IMG/VR virus record: IMGVR_UViG_3300045988_114759
Strand: one strand, 5' to 3'
DNA: 64,000 nt
DNA from: a virus
Part shown: in pieces, positions 44,677 to 54,470 of the stretch
Position numbering within the stretch: the stretch's first letter is position 1
Layout of the letters: every line of letters starts with the position of its first letter
The notes under the pieces: model-generated
Database searches by the model: none
What the model was told of the DNA's origin: nothing
What the model saw: only the letters and a program-made list of their open reading frames with translations
Translations under genes and position numbers: made by a program

Positions 44677-46470
44677 ATGACAACAATTATGTACGTGTCA
44701 CCCATCTTAGCTGTAGTGATTATTTTGACAATCATCGGAGTCTTATCAAGGTATCGTAGATGTAAGCCTAATCAGGTCTTGGTCGTTTATGGTAAGACAG
44801 GTGGAGAGAAGAAATCGGCGAAATTATATCATGGTGGAGCAGCATTCGTGTTGCCTATTATCCAAAGCTATGATATTTTATCTATGGAGCCTATGCAAAT
44901 AGATTGTAGGCTTACCGGTGCTTTGTCATCTCAGAATATTAGAGTAGATGTGCCTACAACTATTACAGTAGCTATCAGTACAAATCCTGAAATCATGCAA
45001 AATGCAGCAGAAAGACTTTTGGGGATGGATACCGAATCTACTGAAAATCTTATTACAGACATCGTTTACGGTCAGATGCGTTTGATTATTGCCGAAATGA
45101 CAATCGAAAAACTTAATTCTGATAGGGATGAGTTTTTGGATAAGGCAAGAAAAAACATTGATAACGAACTTAATAAATTGGGTCTTTATCTTTTGAACAT
45201 TAACATCAGTGACATCAGAGATGAAGCCGGCTACATCATGAATCTTGGTAAAGAGGCTGAAAGCAAGGCTCTGAACGAAGCACAGGCTAATATCGAAGAA
45301 CAGGAAAAGCTGGGTGCTATTAAGATTGCTGTACAACAGAAGGAAAAAGAAACGGCTGTAGCTAATACCCAAAAAGAGCAAGAGATTCAAATTGCCTATA
45401 CTGAAAAAGAAAAAGAAACGGTAGTAGCTGAAACAAAGAAAGAAAAAGAAGTAGCTTTGGCTTTAACCGATAAAGAAAAACAGATCGGTGTAGCTCAAGC
45501 CGATAGAGATAGGGCTGCGGCTATAGCAAAGACTTTGGCTGACAAGGAATCAGCGATTGCAAGATCTAAGGCGGAACTTGAAGTAAACAAAGCTGAAGCC
45601 GAAAGAATGGAAGAAGTTGGAAAGAATAAAGCTGAAGCTGACAAACAAGCAGCTATAGCAATACAAGACTCTGAAGCTCAGATTAAGAAAGCTGAGGCTG
45701 AGAAAAATGCTTCTGTAGGCTACAACAATGCCCAGAAAGAGGTTGCTGTATCAGAATCAGAATTGCAGGTTATCAAAGCTCAATCAGAAAAGAAAGCCGG
45801 AGAAGAGAAAGTTAAATCGGAAGCGGCTGTGAAAACGGCAAAAGAGCTTGCTGATAAAGAAGTGGAAGAAGCTAAAGCTAAGAAGGTTCAAGCTGCGCTT
45901 AAAGCTGAAAAGATTGTGCCGGCTGAAATTCAGAAGCAGGAGGCTATGTTGCAAGCTGATGCCGAGGCCGAGAAGATCAAACGCCGGGCCGATGCTGAAG
46001 CAGCAGCACATTTGGCAAAAGCAGAGGCGGAAGCAAAAGCTATTCAGATGAAGCTGGAAGCGGAAGCCGAAGGTAAGAAAAAGTCGTTGATGGCAGAGGC
46101 CGACGGATTTAAGGCTATGGTGGAAGCAGCAGAATCCAATCCTCAGATCGCCATCCAGTACAAGATGGTTAATCAGTGGAAAGAAATTGCTGGAGAACAG
46201 GTTAAGGCGTTCGAGCACATCAATCTCGGAAATATCACGGTATTTGACGGCGGTCAGAACAGCACCGGTAATTTCCTTAACAATGTTGTTAAGGCCGTTG
46301 CTCCGGCATTGGGAGTCATTGATCAGCTTCCGATTGCAGATACTTTAAAGAAGTTAAAAGGAGATGACAAAAAAAATAAATACAATGGCCCAAGGTTACA
46401 CTTGGGCCTAATTGAAGAAGCAAAAGCAGCATTTATAGATTTCCTGCCGGCAGGGACAGTGCTTTACTAA
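44677..46470 (+). CDS. flotillin-like SPFH/band-7 protein (FloT/YqiK-like)
   Basis: The N-terminal TM helix plus SPFH core (VLVVYGKTGG...AFVLPIIQSYDILSMEPMQIDC...IRVDVPTTITVAI) fits. It is followed by a long EA-rich coiled-coil (AEAERMEEVGKNKAEADKQAAIAIQDSEAQIKKAEAEKNA) characteristic of flotillins. 597 aa. Confidence 0.8.
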   Translation: MTTIMYVSPILAVVIILTIIGVLSRYRRCKPNQVLVVYGKTGGEKKSAKLYHGGAAFVLPIIQSYDILSMEPMQIDCRLTGALSSQNIRVDVPTTITVAISTNPEIMQNAAERLLGMDTESTENLITDIVYGQMRLIIAEMTIEKLNSDRDEFLDKARKNIDNELNKLGLYLLNINISDIRDEAGYIMNLGKEAESKALNEAQANIEEQEKLGAIKIAVQQKEKETAVANTQKEQEIQIAYTEKEKETVVAETKKEKEVALALTDKEKQIGVAQADRDRAAAIAKTLADKESAIARSKAELEVNKAEAERMEEVGKNKAEADKQAAIAIQDSEAQIKKAEAEKNASVGYNNAQKEVAVSESELQVIKAQSEKKAGEEKVKSEAAVKTAKELADKEVEEAKAKKVQAALKAEKIVPAEIQKQEAMLQADAEAEKIKRRADAEAAAHLAKAEAEAKAIQMKLEAEAEGKKKSLMAEADGFKAMVEAAESNPQIAIQYKMVNQWKEIAGEQVKAFEHINLGNITVFDGGQNSTGNFLNNVVKAVAPALGVIDQLPIADTLKKLKGDDKKNKYNGPRLHLGLIEEAKAAFIDFLPAGTVLY

Positions 46471-46532
46471 TTACAATATTTTTAATATGGATTTTGGACA
46501 AGATTTAGAACCAGAAGAACTGACCAAGCATT

Positions 46533-46892
46533 ATGATCAGTGTTATGGAATTGATTTTGAAACAGAAGAAGAGGAGGATGAAGAGTATGACTGATGAGGA
46601 ATTTGCATTAGATAATAAGAAAAAGGTTGTTGTAAGAAAAAGAATATCCTATTTAAACAAAGGGGATAAAGTGTGGATCGTGTCTTCCGACGGGTATCTG
46701 CTGCACACGGACGTAGTTAGAGCCGACCGAGGCCGATCTTATGTGGATATAGACGGGATACTGTATTGGAAACGTGGATTGGATGGCAAACATCGTAATC
46801 GTAACAACTACATGCAGTTCGCCATGACACCAGAAGATGGTAAGAAGTATGTCGTATATTACCCGGAAGGATTTAAAGACGATAGCTTATGA
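46533..46892 (+). CDS. hypothetical protein
   Basis: 119 aa. Confidence 0.4.
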   Translation: MISVMELILKQKKRRMKSMTDEEFALDNKKKVVVRKRISYLNKGDKVWIVSSDGYLLHTDVVRADRGRSYVDIDGILYWKRGLDGKHRNRNNYMQFAMTPEDGKKYVVYYPEGFKDDSL

Positions 46893-47908
46893 TGGTCCCG
46901 GAAACGCATTTGCTATATAAGGAGTTTAATGGTGTGAAACGTCTTGCCATATCTTATTCCCAGATAGATACGTTTCTTACTTGTCCAATGAAATGGTATA
47001 AGACTTACGTAGAGGGCAAAAGGTCTACAGAAAAACAAGAAGCTACGTCTTATGGTACGGTTATTCATAAGACACTGGAATACTTCTTCAAGAACGGAAG
47101 GCAGCCTTCTGGCAAAGACCTTGGAGAAGCAATAAGTTACTATGCTTACCAAGAAGACATACCTTGGCAATCACCGGAAAATATGATGATAGCCATGAAA
47201 CAATCTGGGGAGCTTCTTGCTTGGATTGTGGATCTGTTTAAAAAAGACGGCAATAGGTTTATGATAGCTGATAGTGATCTTAATCCTTGTGAGAAACTTA
47301 TCAGACACGGCGCTATAGCTGGAGTCGAAGAAGATTTTGTGCTGCCGTACCGCCTTCCTAAGCCAGTTGACATAAATGGGGTAATTCATACCCATGTGTA
47401 CATAGTAGGATCAGTAGACCTTCATCTGGCTATAAAGAGCAAGAACGTAATTCACCATTATGTCATAGATTGGAAATCAGGGAATAAGGTTTTTGATTCT
47501 AAGAAGTTGGAAACGAATTTACAGCATCCTATATATTCGTTTTACATCTATAGAAAATATGGTGGGGTTCTACCAGATATGAACATCTATTTCTTTACCA
47601 GAACCAGGCAGTACCAAAAGGTTAAGGTGGATGAAGAACGTAAAACAAAATCTATAGAGATGCTAAATGACACTTTATCTAAAATGTATGATTTTGAAGA
47701 TAATAGTGTAAAAACATTTCAGGCATACATCCAGGGGGCAGAAGGAGCCAGATATAGCAAGCGGCGTGCCACCCTAAGTCAGCCTGTTTCGCAAAACAAG
47801 CTACCCTGCCCGTCGGCACTGTGTTATTATTGTGACTTTGGATTACATAACAAAAACGAATGCCCTTTCTCTTCGGATTGGGATCCGTCTAAAAAGATAA
47901 AGCGATGA
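46889..47908 (+). CDS. Cas4/RecB-like PD-(D/E)XK exonuclease with Fe-S Cys cluster
   Basis: N-terminal Cys (FLTCPMKWY). Motif II Asp (GSVDLHLA). Motif III IDWKSG. C-terminal C-x4-C-x2-C ... C cluster (CPSALCYYCDFGL...NECPF), typical of the 4Fe-4S site of Cas4/AddB nucleases. Confidence 0.65.
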   Translation: MMVPETHLLYKEFNGVKRLAISYSQIDTFLTCPMKWYKTYVEGKRSTEKQEATSYGTVIHKTLEYFFKNGRQPSGKDLGEAISYYAYQEDIPWQSPENMMIAMKQSGELLAWIVDLFKKDGNRFMIADSDLNPCEKLIRHGAIAGVEEDFVLPYRLPKPVDINGVIHTHVYIVGSVDLHLAIKSKNVIHHYVIDWKSGNKVFDSKKLETNLQHPIYSFYIYRKYGGVLPDMNIYFFTRTRQYQKVKVDEERKTKSIEMLNDTLSKMYDFEDNSVKTFQAYIQGAEGARYSKRRATLSQPVSQNKLPCPSALCYYCDFGLHNKNECPFSSDWDPSKKIKR

Positions 47909-48074
47909 AATACGAGGATGTTCAAAAGTTAAGAACAAAATACCGGCAAGATCCGGAAGTCATATATCTTGAAGAGATGAGGAACGTGGCGGTACGGTGC
48001 GGAAATTTTAAAAAGGCGTTTGAGTTCCAGGAGAAACTTGAGGCTATTTGGTTTAACTACTTAAAGGGAGTGCA

Positions 48075-48398
48075 ATGAAAGAAGATCTAATATGTGGAGT
48101 AGCGATCCTTTTGTATTTAGTTTTATTATGCTTGCTCACGACAATTTTCATAAAAATAGGTGAAGCAGTAGATCGTTATAAGATGAAGAAGAAAACTGAC
48201 AAAATCAAAGTAGGTCAAAGATACGAACATAAGGGCTACTTTGAGGATCCATTTGAAAGAGGCAAGCATGTGATTAAGATATTAGACATAAAAGAAGGGT
48301 ACGCTCTATATGAGTACGAAGAAAAACTATATATACGTTCTTCTGAGAGTCTTGAAGATATTGTTAAAAAATATATTTTAATTACTGATATAAAATAA
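48075..48398 (+). CDS. small membrane-anchored protein
   Basis: 107 aa with an N-terminal TM helix ICGVAILLYLVLLCLLTTIFI. Confidence 0.4.
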   Translation: MKEDLICGVAILLYLVLLCLLTTIFIKIGEAVDRYKMKKKTDKIKVGQRYEHKGYFEDPFERGKHVIKILDIKEGYALYEYEEKLYIRSSESLEDIVKKYILITDIK

Positions 48399-48404
48399 GG
48401 GGTT

Positions 48405-48791
48405 ATGGAAAAGAAAGTCACAATCAAAGAAGGGATGGATATTTTTTACAAAAATGCAGGGAAAGATATATGGGTCTATATTGGACTTTTTGGAAATAAA
48501 GTGCTATCCATTTTAAAAAACAAAGGTGTTATTGCATGCGAAAACGATGCTGAATATTGCGTGTTGATGGATGGAGAAGATCATTTTATAAGTATAGCAA
48601 AAGACATGAGTCACGACTATTGTTGTGAGTACGTTGTAGAAAGAGCAGAAGCCTACAGAGACTACCCCTCCAAAGGTACTACATGCAGTGTATGCCTGTT
48701 TGAAGATAATGAGAATAAGGCAAGGGAGATGTTGAAAGAGGCGATAATAGAACTTTCAAAAAATAATATAATAGATTGTGATGGGCTTTGA
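48405..48791 (+). CDS. hypothetical protein
   Basis: 128 aa. Confidence 0.4.
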   Translation: MEKKVTIKEGMDIFYKNAGKDIWVYIGLFGNKVLSILKNKGVIACENDAEYCVLMDGEDHFISIAKDMSHDYCCEYVVERAEAYRDYPSKGTTCSVCLFEDNENKAREMLKEAIIELSKNNIIDCDGL

Positions 48792-50202
48792 ACTTAGACC
48801 TTACCAGAAAGAGGCAGTAGATGCCGGGCTTAAGTTTCTTACAGGAAGATCTAAGAAGCCTGGCATAATCGTAGCCCCATGCGGATGTGGAAAGAGCCTT
48901 CTGATATCCAAGATAGCACATGAAATAAATAGACCGACATTAGTATTACAGCCCTCAAAAGAGATTCTGGAGCAGAATTATGCAAAGGCCGTATCATTCG
49001 GTTCTAAACCTACTATATATTCTGCTTCATGTGGTATAAAGGAGCTGTCGGCTATGACTTATGCAACATTAAAGAGCATAAAGAAAGATGTGGTGAGGTT
49101 GAAGGATATAGGGATAGATACCTTATTGATAGACGAATGTCATTCAGGATATTCTCCTGAAGAAGGTTCTGAATTTATGGAGTTTATGAACAGGTTCCCA
49201 GAGGCGAAGGTACTGGGCTTCACCGCCACTCCCTGCCGCCTCCGAACCTACAGTTCCATGCTGGAAGGAAACTATAGCAAGCTCAATATGCTGACGAAAG
49301 ACGAGCATAACTTCTTCAAGAAAATAGTTCATGTAACTCAAATACAAGAACTAACCTCTCAAGGGTTTTGGTGTCCACTTAAGTACGAACGATGGTCGTT
49401 TGATGAATCGGCTCTGATGTTAAACAGTACCGGGGCTGAATACACCAACGAATCTATTAAAGAAAGTATTGTAAGAAATGGCTTAAACAACTCTATCTAC
49501 AAGCGCCTTCTTCAACTTATGAACGAACGTAAAGCCATTTTGGTCTGTATGGATTCTATCGAATCATGTAATAGAATATCAGAGTTCATGAATGCCAGGA
49601 TGGGAGCCATAACCGGTGTCGTAACATCGCTAACAACCAAAAAGAAAAGAGAGCAAATCATATCAGATTTCAAAGAAGGTAAGTTGAAGGTGGTTTTTAA
49701 TTATTCAACGCTTGCTACCGGATTTGATTTTCCTGAACTTGATTGTGTGATGTTTGGTCGACCAACTTTCTCATATTCAACTTATTACCAAATATTAGGC
49801 CGCGCCGTCCGCATCCATCCTGACAAGAAAGAGGCGCTGATAGTTGATTGCTGCGACAACATGAGGCGTTTCGGTCGGATAGAAGACTTGACAATCGAAC
49901 AATTCCCTTCTAAGGGCTGGTGTATGTTTGCCGGCGATCAACTTCTGTCCAATATAAGGATGGGTGATATTATTACCAAAGACGAGATCCTTCGCCGGGC
50001 AGCCTCGCTTAAATCTGTGAATGGAGATGGTAGGAGAGAGGACGATCTTGACAGTATAATAATGTGGTTTGGAAAATATGAAGGAATTAGATTCAAGGAC
50101 ATACCGGTGTCGTATTTTAGGTTCTTGGCTGAGAATATGGAAGTAAAACCAGGAGATAGAAAAGAAAAGATTATCGAATATTATAATAGGATAAAGGCAT
50201 GA
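48778..50202 (+). CDS. SF2 DEAH-box helicase (type III restriction res-subunit-like / phage DNA helicase)
   Basis: Q-motif LRPYQKEAV. Motif I APCGCGKS. Motif II LLIDECHSG (DECH). Motif III GFTATPCR. Motif VI YQILGRAVR. Confidence 0.75.
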   Translation: MMGFELRPYQKEAVDAGLKFLTGRSKKPGIIVAPCGCGKSLLISKIAHEINRPTLVLQPSKEILEQNYAKAVSFGSKPTIYSASCGIKELSAMTYATLKSIKKDVVRLKDIGIDTLLIDECHSGYSPEEGSEFMEFMNRFPEAKVLGFTATPCRLRTYSSMLEGNYSKLNMLTKDEHNFFKKIVHVTQIQELTSQGFWCPLKYERWSFDESALMLNSTGAEYTNESIKESIVRNGLNNSIYKRLLQLMNERKAILVCMDSIESCNRISEFMNARMGAITGVVTSLTTKKKREQIISDFKEGKLKVVFNYSTLATGFDFPELDCVMFGRPTFSYSTYYQILGRAVRIHPDKKEALIVDCCDNMRRFGRIEDLTIEQFPSKGWCMFAGDQLLSNIRMGDIITKDEILRRAASLKSVNGDGRREDDLDSIIMWFGKYEGIRFKDIPVSYFRFLAENMEVKPGDRKEKIIEYYNRIKA

Positions 50203-50555
50203 ACAACAAGAGAAGAAAAAAAATATCGGATGTTATTAACAATGTAAATAAGTATAAAACGGATTTTGAATACATCAAATCAAAGTTGTCAGAGTTGAAG
50301 CACAACATAAATTCAGCCAAAGATGATGTTGATATGATTTTAGACGAAGAGACTGAGGCGAGAGATAATATACCGGAATCGTTACAAGACTCAGAAAAAT
50401 ACTGGGAATCAGATCGGGCTGTAGATGATATGGAGGAGGTGGTTGATGACATGGAAGGTATTATAAATGATTTAGATGATGTGATTTCAACCATAGATGG
50501 AAGCATTAAAACTATAAATAGTTCTATTAAAGTAAATTTGGAAGGAATAATATAA
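50199..50555 (+). CDS. acidic coiled-coil protein
   Basis: 118 aa, Asp/Glu-rich, with an ATGA overlap. Confidence 0.4.
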   Translation: MNNKRRKKISDVINNVNKYKTDFEYIKSKLSELKHNINSAKDDVDMILDEETEARDNIPESLQDSEKYWESDRAVDDMEEVVDDMEGIINDLDDVISTIDGSIKTINSSIKVNLEGII

Positions 50556-50861
50556 ATGGAAACAAATGAATTAAGGGAAATACTTAAATTGTATGGTCTT
50601 CAACATGATGTTGTTATCAACAAGAGTTCAAGAAGGTATTCTATTATCTTAGATAATAACATAATAGGAACCAATCACGACAAAGAGAGGGTGGTTGTGT
50701 TCCGTCCTATACCGGAAGGGAAAAACACATTCTGCATGGAGCGAGATAGGTTCTACACGGAGTTTGAAGAAGCTTTTGATGACGATAAAGCCATAGAAGC
50801 CGTAAGACAATATTTTGAAAACAATAAAACAGAAAGTCATGAACGAAAACGAAGTATTTAG
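50556..50861 (+). CDS. hypothetical protein
   Basis: 101 aa. Confidence 0.4.
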   Translation: METNELREILKLYGLQHDVVINKSSRRYSIILDNNIIGTNHDKERVVVFRPIPEGKNTFCMERDRFYTEFEEAFDDDKAIEAVRQYFENNKTESHERKRSI

Positions 50862-51180
50862 ATTAAAGGGCAGAATAGCTATATCCAACCTATCACGTGA
50901 GGACAAAGATATGATAAATAGCATCCTTGATGGTGTCAACAAAAAGGATGAAGAGGAAAAAGGGTATATCTATACCGTGAGAGTAAAACTAAACAACGGA
51001 AAGGTTGTACATGCTACTTTATTTTTTAAAGACAAGAAAGGTCCCACATTTGAAGACTTAGAGAAGGAGCTTGATGATATGGGAGTTAAAAGTGATGATT
51101 ATAGCAATAACGGCATAATTATCATTAACCGCATTGTTATGAGCGGAGAAGAATTTGATCGCTTTGCAAAAGAAAAATGA
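50815..51180 (+). CDS. hypothetical protein
   Basis: 121 aa. Confidence 0.4.
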   Translation: MKTIKQKVMNENEVFRLKGRIAISNLSREDKDMINSILDGVNKKDEEEKGYIYTVRVKLNNGKVVHATLFFKDKKGPTFEDLEKELDDMGVKSDDYSNNGIIIINRIVMSGEEFDRFAKEK

Positions 51181-51224
51181 TGGACTATATTATTATATCA
51201 AATAATTAAAAAGACGATAAAACA

Positions 51225-51968
51225 ATGGAAAAGATGGATGATATTATTATCCCAAAGGGGGAAAGCGTGGTTATTAACAAAGATGTTCATGCTTATAAAA
51301 CATTAGTAGCCAAAAAAGGGCTTAAGGTTGTGTGTGAAAAAGATATCAAAAAAGGAGATAAGGAGGTCACGCTGTCGTATGAAGGTCGTATGGAGATCGA
51401 TATACCAGTTGATTATATACTAAAGAATGATGATGTCCTTTTCAAAGAAGGAGAATTGCTTTTTGTTAAAAAGGATTATTCTTTTAAAGATGACATTGTT
51501 CCTGGAGGAGCTATAGTTGAGTTGGCGGAAGATGTCTACAATGTAGATGTTATGGCTGTCATATATTATGAAGGGGGAAAGATTTGTATGCCCTTAGAAT
51601 TATTAGAACCTGTTAGTTCAGAAAAAAGAAATAATAAAAAAGAAGGAAAATCGGTGAAAAATGACATCATTGATGATAAACTACGATGGGATTTGCTTCC
51701 GATGGAAGAAATTGAGGATATTGTAAGAGTTTATCATGCCGGAGCCAAGAAATATGGTCCTAATAATTGGCAGAATCTTGACAACGGCTTTGAACGGTAC
51801 CGCGCTGCAATGTTTAGACACCTGATAGAATACATGAAAGGAGAAAGAGTGGATTCTGATACAGGATGTTTTCATCTTGCACAATGCGCATGGAACTGTA
51901 TAGCTATGCTGTGGTATGATAAGCACGGAAAAGGGTTAATGCCTTTAAACAAGGAGGAAAAGAAATGA
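51225..51968 (+). CDS. protein with C-terminal dATP/dGTP pyrophosphohydrolase-like (DUF550/MazG-like all-alpha NTP-PPase) domain
   Basis: The C-terminal half RWDLLPMEEIEDIVRVYHAGAKKYGPNNWQN...FRHLIEYMKGERVDSDTGCFHLAQCAWNCIAMLWY matches the phage dATP/dGTP-PPase domain pattern as recalled (R.DL.P...GA.KYG..NW...RHL...E.D.ESG..HLAH.A.N). The N-terminal half is unknown. Confidence 0.5.
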   Translation: MEKMDDIIIPKGESVVINKDVHAYKTLVAKKGLKVVCEKDIKKGDKEVTLSYEGRMEIDIPVDYILKNDDVLFKEGELLFVKKDYSFKDDIVPGGAIVELAEDVYNVDVMAVIYYEGGKICMPLELLEPVSSEKRNNKKEGKSVKNDIIDDKLRWDLLPMEEIEDIVRVYHAGAKKYGPNNWQNLDNGFERYRAAMFRHLIEYMKGERVDSDTGCFHLAQCAWNCIAMLWYDKHGKGLMPLNKEEKK

Positions 51969-52273
51969 CAAAAGAACAGCTAAATTATTTATGGGAAAAA
52001 GAGCTTCGTGCTATAAGAAATCATAAAGACAATATTGATAGAATCAAAAAAGAGTATTTCGATTCTGTTTATGGGTTAAAGAAGGGAGATAAAGTGAGCG
52101 TTTTTTACAAACGTCCGAAAGAGCCTCTTGTTGGTTTCTTTAAGAGCGTGCAAATCATGAGTCCTGGAACAGTTATATTTACAATCCAGGAAGTTAATAA
52201 AGAAGGAAGACCGGGGAGAGGATCTTATTTGGTGCATGAAGACGATTTAAGCGAAATCAAAAAAGTAGAATAA
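51965..52273 (+). CDS. hypothetical protein
   Basis: 102 aa with an ATGA overlap. Confidence 0.4.
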   Translation: MTKEQLNYLWEKELRAIRNHKDNIDRIKKEYFDSVYGLKKGDKVSVFYKRPKEPLVGFFKSVQIMSPGTVIFTIQEVNKEGRPGRGSYLVHEDDLSEIKKVE

Positions 52274-52274
52274 C

Positions 52275-52796
52275 ATGATTAAAGCAAGATTTTACATTAG
52301 AAAGGATGACTGTAACAATGATTACTGTCCAGTCAAATGGCCTATAAAATATCCATATTGGTGTAGTGCAGAATCCAGTAATTCATTTGTATTGGTGGCG
52401 TATGCTGAAGATGAAGACAGCATAAAAGAACTGTGGCCGGAGGCGTATGATATTAATGTCTTAGAGAAAGATACCGAAATTAGATTCACATTAAGATTTC
52501 CTAAGCCGGAATGGTATGAATTATATGAAGAAATGTATGATACATTTGTGTGGATTACAGACACATGTATGCAAGATGGTAAGATAAGAAAAGTAAAAGC
52601 TAAAATAGAAGATTATGATGGTACTTTATTAGCCGACACCCCTAACCGGTTCACTCCTTATACGATGGGGTATCAAGCTTTTAAAAGTAAAGAAGAAGCT
52701 TTAAAATATGCAGAGGAACAGAGAACGGACTTAATTAAGTCTCTTAAGTTACAAATACACGAACTTGAAAATCTAAAATTTGAATACGATGATTAA
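52275..52796 (+). CDS. hypothetical protein
   Basis: 173 aa. Confidence 0.4.
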   Translation: MIKARFYIRKDDCNNDYCPVKWPIKYPYWCSAESSNSFVLVAYAEDEDSIKELWPEAYDINVLEKDTEIRFTLRFPKPEWYELYEEMYDTFVWITDTCMQDGKIRKVKAKIEDYDGTLLADTPNRFTPYTMGYQAFKSKEEALKYAEEQRTDLIKSLKLQIHELENLKFEYDD

Positions 52797-53502
52797 CTAT
52801 GCAGCAAAAGCCAGAAAAGCTTATTTGATAAACAATTTCGATAAGATTCTTAACAGTCTTAACACGCTTCATTCAACGGTTGAGACCATGACGTTGTTCG
52901 TAAACGACCAGGCTTATAATTACATTCTTAAGCTAAAGGAAGTAATTAAAACCAGTCCTATGTATAAGCACAATATCAAGCGTCTTTTAAATGATATGGA
53001 CAAAGAGATAAAGAGGTACAATGCTTCTATCTACTACATAAATAAAGAGCGTAGTGAGGTTATAGCTGATATAACACAAGTTATGGAAGACTGCCTCATG
53101 CCATACATAGACAACCTGGCTGGCGCTATAAGGGCAGCCGTGTGGTCGAAGGGTGTGTCTGGGGAGCGGACGGAAGCGGCGGTCCTGGCCCTTATCGTAT
53201 CCTCCTTGGCCACGACATCAGGCAGACTTATCTCAGGTGGATATCAGATCATGAAAGAAATGGGTGGAGGTCAAGGTGGTAATCCATTTACGTTTATGAA
53301 CATTGATAAGATAAGACACTTATCTACATCATTATCTGATGCTATTACCGGTGGAAAAATAGCTCTTGAAGAAAAAGAAGCCAATGACATAACTAAGGCG
53401 ATGGATGTTTTTATTGAGAAAATGTCCGATTCAGATATTGTTGACAAAGTAATTAGCATACTCGAAGAAGCAGAATCTAAAAATAAGGAGGAACGATCAT
53501 GA
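52780..53502 (+). CDS. hypothetical protein
   Basis: 240 aa. Confidence 0.4.
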   Translation: MNTMINYAAKARKAYLINNFDKILNSLNTLHSTVETMTLFVNDQAYNYILKLKEVIKTSPMYKHNIKRLLNDMDKEIKRYNASIYYINKERSEVIADITQVMEDCLMPYIDNLAGAIRAAVWSKGVSGERTEAAVLALIVSSLATTSGRLISGGYQIMKEMGGGQGGNPFTFMNIDKIRHLSTSLSDAITGGKIALEEKEANDITKAMDVFIEKMSDSDIVDKVISILEEAESKNKEERS

Positions 53503-53690
53503 ATTACTTAGATGGGTACGTAGAAGAGGTTCTTTCCGAGCCGTATTATGATGATTACGGATCGGGAATTTTCAGGTGGTGGGTGAAAGTGTCTTACGAT
53601 TGTTATGGCATGGGAGCCGTTACTACCTTAATGTTTGATACAAAAGAAGAAGCGGAAGCGGTAAAACCAGGTTATAAATTTTTATGTTGA
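53499..53690 (+). CDS. hypothetical small protein
   Basis: 63 aa with an ATGA overlap. Confidence 0.35.
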   Translation: MNYLDGYVEEVLSEPYYDDYGSGIFRWWVKVSYDCYGMGAVTTLMFDTKEEAEAVKPGYKFLC

Positions 53691-53697
53691 AAATAAT

Positions 53698-53931
53698 ATG
53701 AAATATTTTGTTTTATTGATGACACTTGTATTATCATCATGCAAATATGATAATCAAGTTAATGACGGATGGGTTATATACGATTTAAAACCTTTACGTG
53801 GTGGATATATAATGTATTATGGTGAAGACGAAAGAGTTTCAATAGCTCACAGTAATAGGTTAATAAAATTCGTTGGGCACCAAGGGGAATACAATATAGG
53901 AGATTCCATTAAGATCGTAAAAATTAAATAA
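53698..53931 (+). CDS. putative lipoprotein
   Basis: N-terminus MKYFVLLMTLVLSSC has a signal peptide plus an LSSC lipobox-like motif. Confidence 0.45.
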   Translation: MKYFVLLMTLVLSSCKYDNQVNDGWVIYDLKPLRGGYIMYYGEDERVSIAHSNRLIKFVGHQGEYNIGDSIKIVKIK

Positions 53932-53932
53932 T

Positions 53933-54133
53933 ATGGAAAAGAATTTAAAACTCGTATGTCCGAAATGTGGCACCCCTCACCAGCCTCATTCTCCGCACAC
54001 GATGGATGCAGATGGATTTGAAAGGTGTGAGATAAGAACTATCATGGAAGACAAGGGATGGTGCTACGAATGCTCTTTTTTTGGCAAAATATGTACGACA
54101 AACACAAAGACGATCCGGGATGGGTTAGGATAG
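53933..54133 (+). CDS. zinc-ribbon small protein
   Basis: 66 aa with CPKCG...C...CYEC. Confidence 0.35.
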   Translation: MEKNLKLVCPKCGTPHQPHSPHTMDADGFERCEIRTIMEDKGWCYECSFFGKICTTNTKTIRDGLG

Positions 54134-54414
54134 ACGGTGAAAGCTGGGTGCTTAAGCCTATGGTGGAAAACGTGCCAAGAGGATGGAATGGCCTTGGATG
54201 TGGTGGAAGAAAAATGTATGTCAATATCGAAGGGAAAGGCGTTGTTGTATCAAATAACTGCTGGTGCCAAGGTGATGTTTCGGACGCATTTAAGGAACTG
54301 ATGCCTGATAATGCTACTTGGGCTACGAAGGAGGAATTTGACAAAGCTCCTGTAGTAGGATATATTATAGAAGGTATTGGTTTAGTTTTCACAGATAGGG
54401 TACATTTTTTATAA
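54058..54414 (+). CDS. hypothetical protein
   Basis: 118 aa, overlapping the previous ORF in another frame. One of the two may be spurious. Confidence 0.3.
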   Translation: MVLRMLFFWQNMYDKHKDDPGWVRIDGESWVLKPMVENVPRGWNGLGCGGRKMYVNIEGKGVVVSNNCWCQGDVSDAFKELMPDNATWATKEEFDKAPVVGYIIEGIGLVFTDRVHFL

Positions 54415-54470
54415 ATCAATTAAGATAATTATATATCTCAATTAATTATTCACTTTTAAAAATTATAGTT

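Noticed and set aside
45784-46218. ORFs 45784-46218 (-) and 45848-46051 (+) inside the flotillin gene
   Set aside because: Alternative-frame translations of the EA-repeat coiled-coil region. The flotillin frame is the only one with domain signal.
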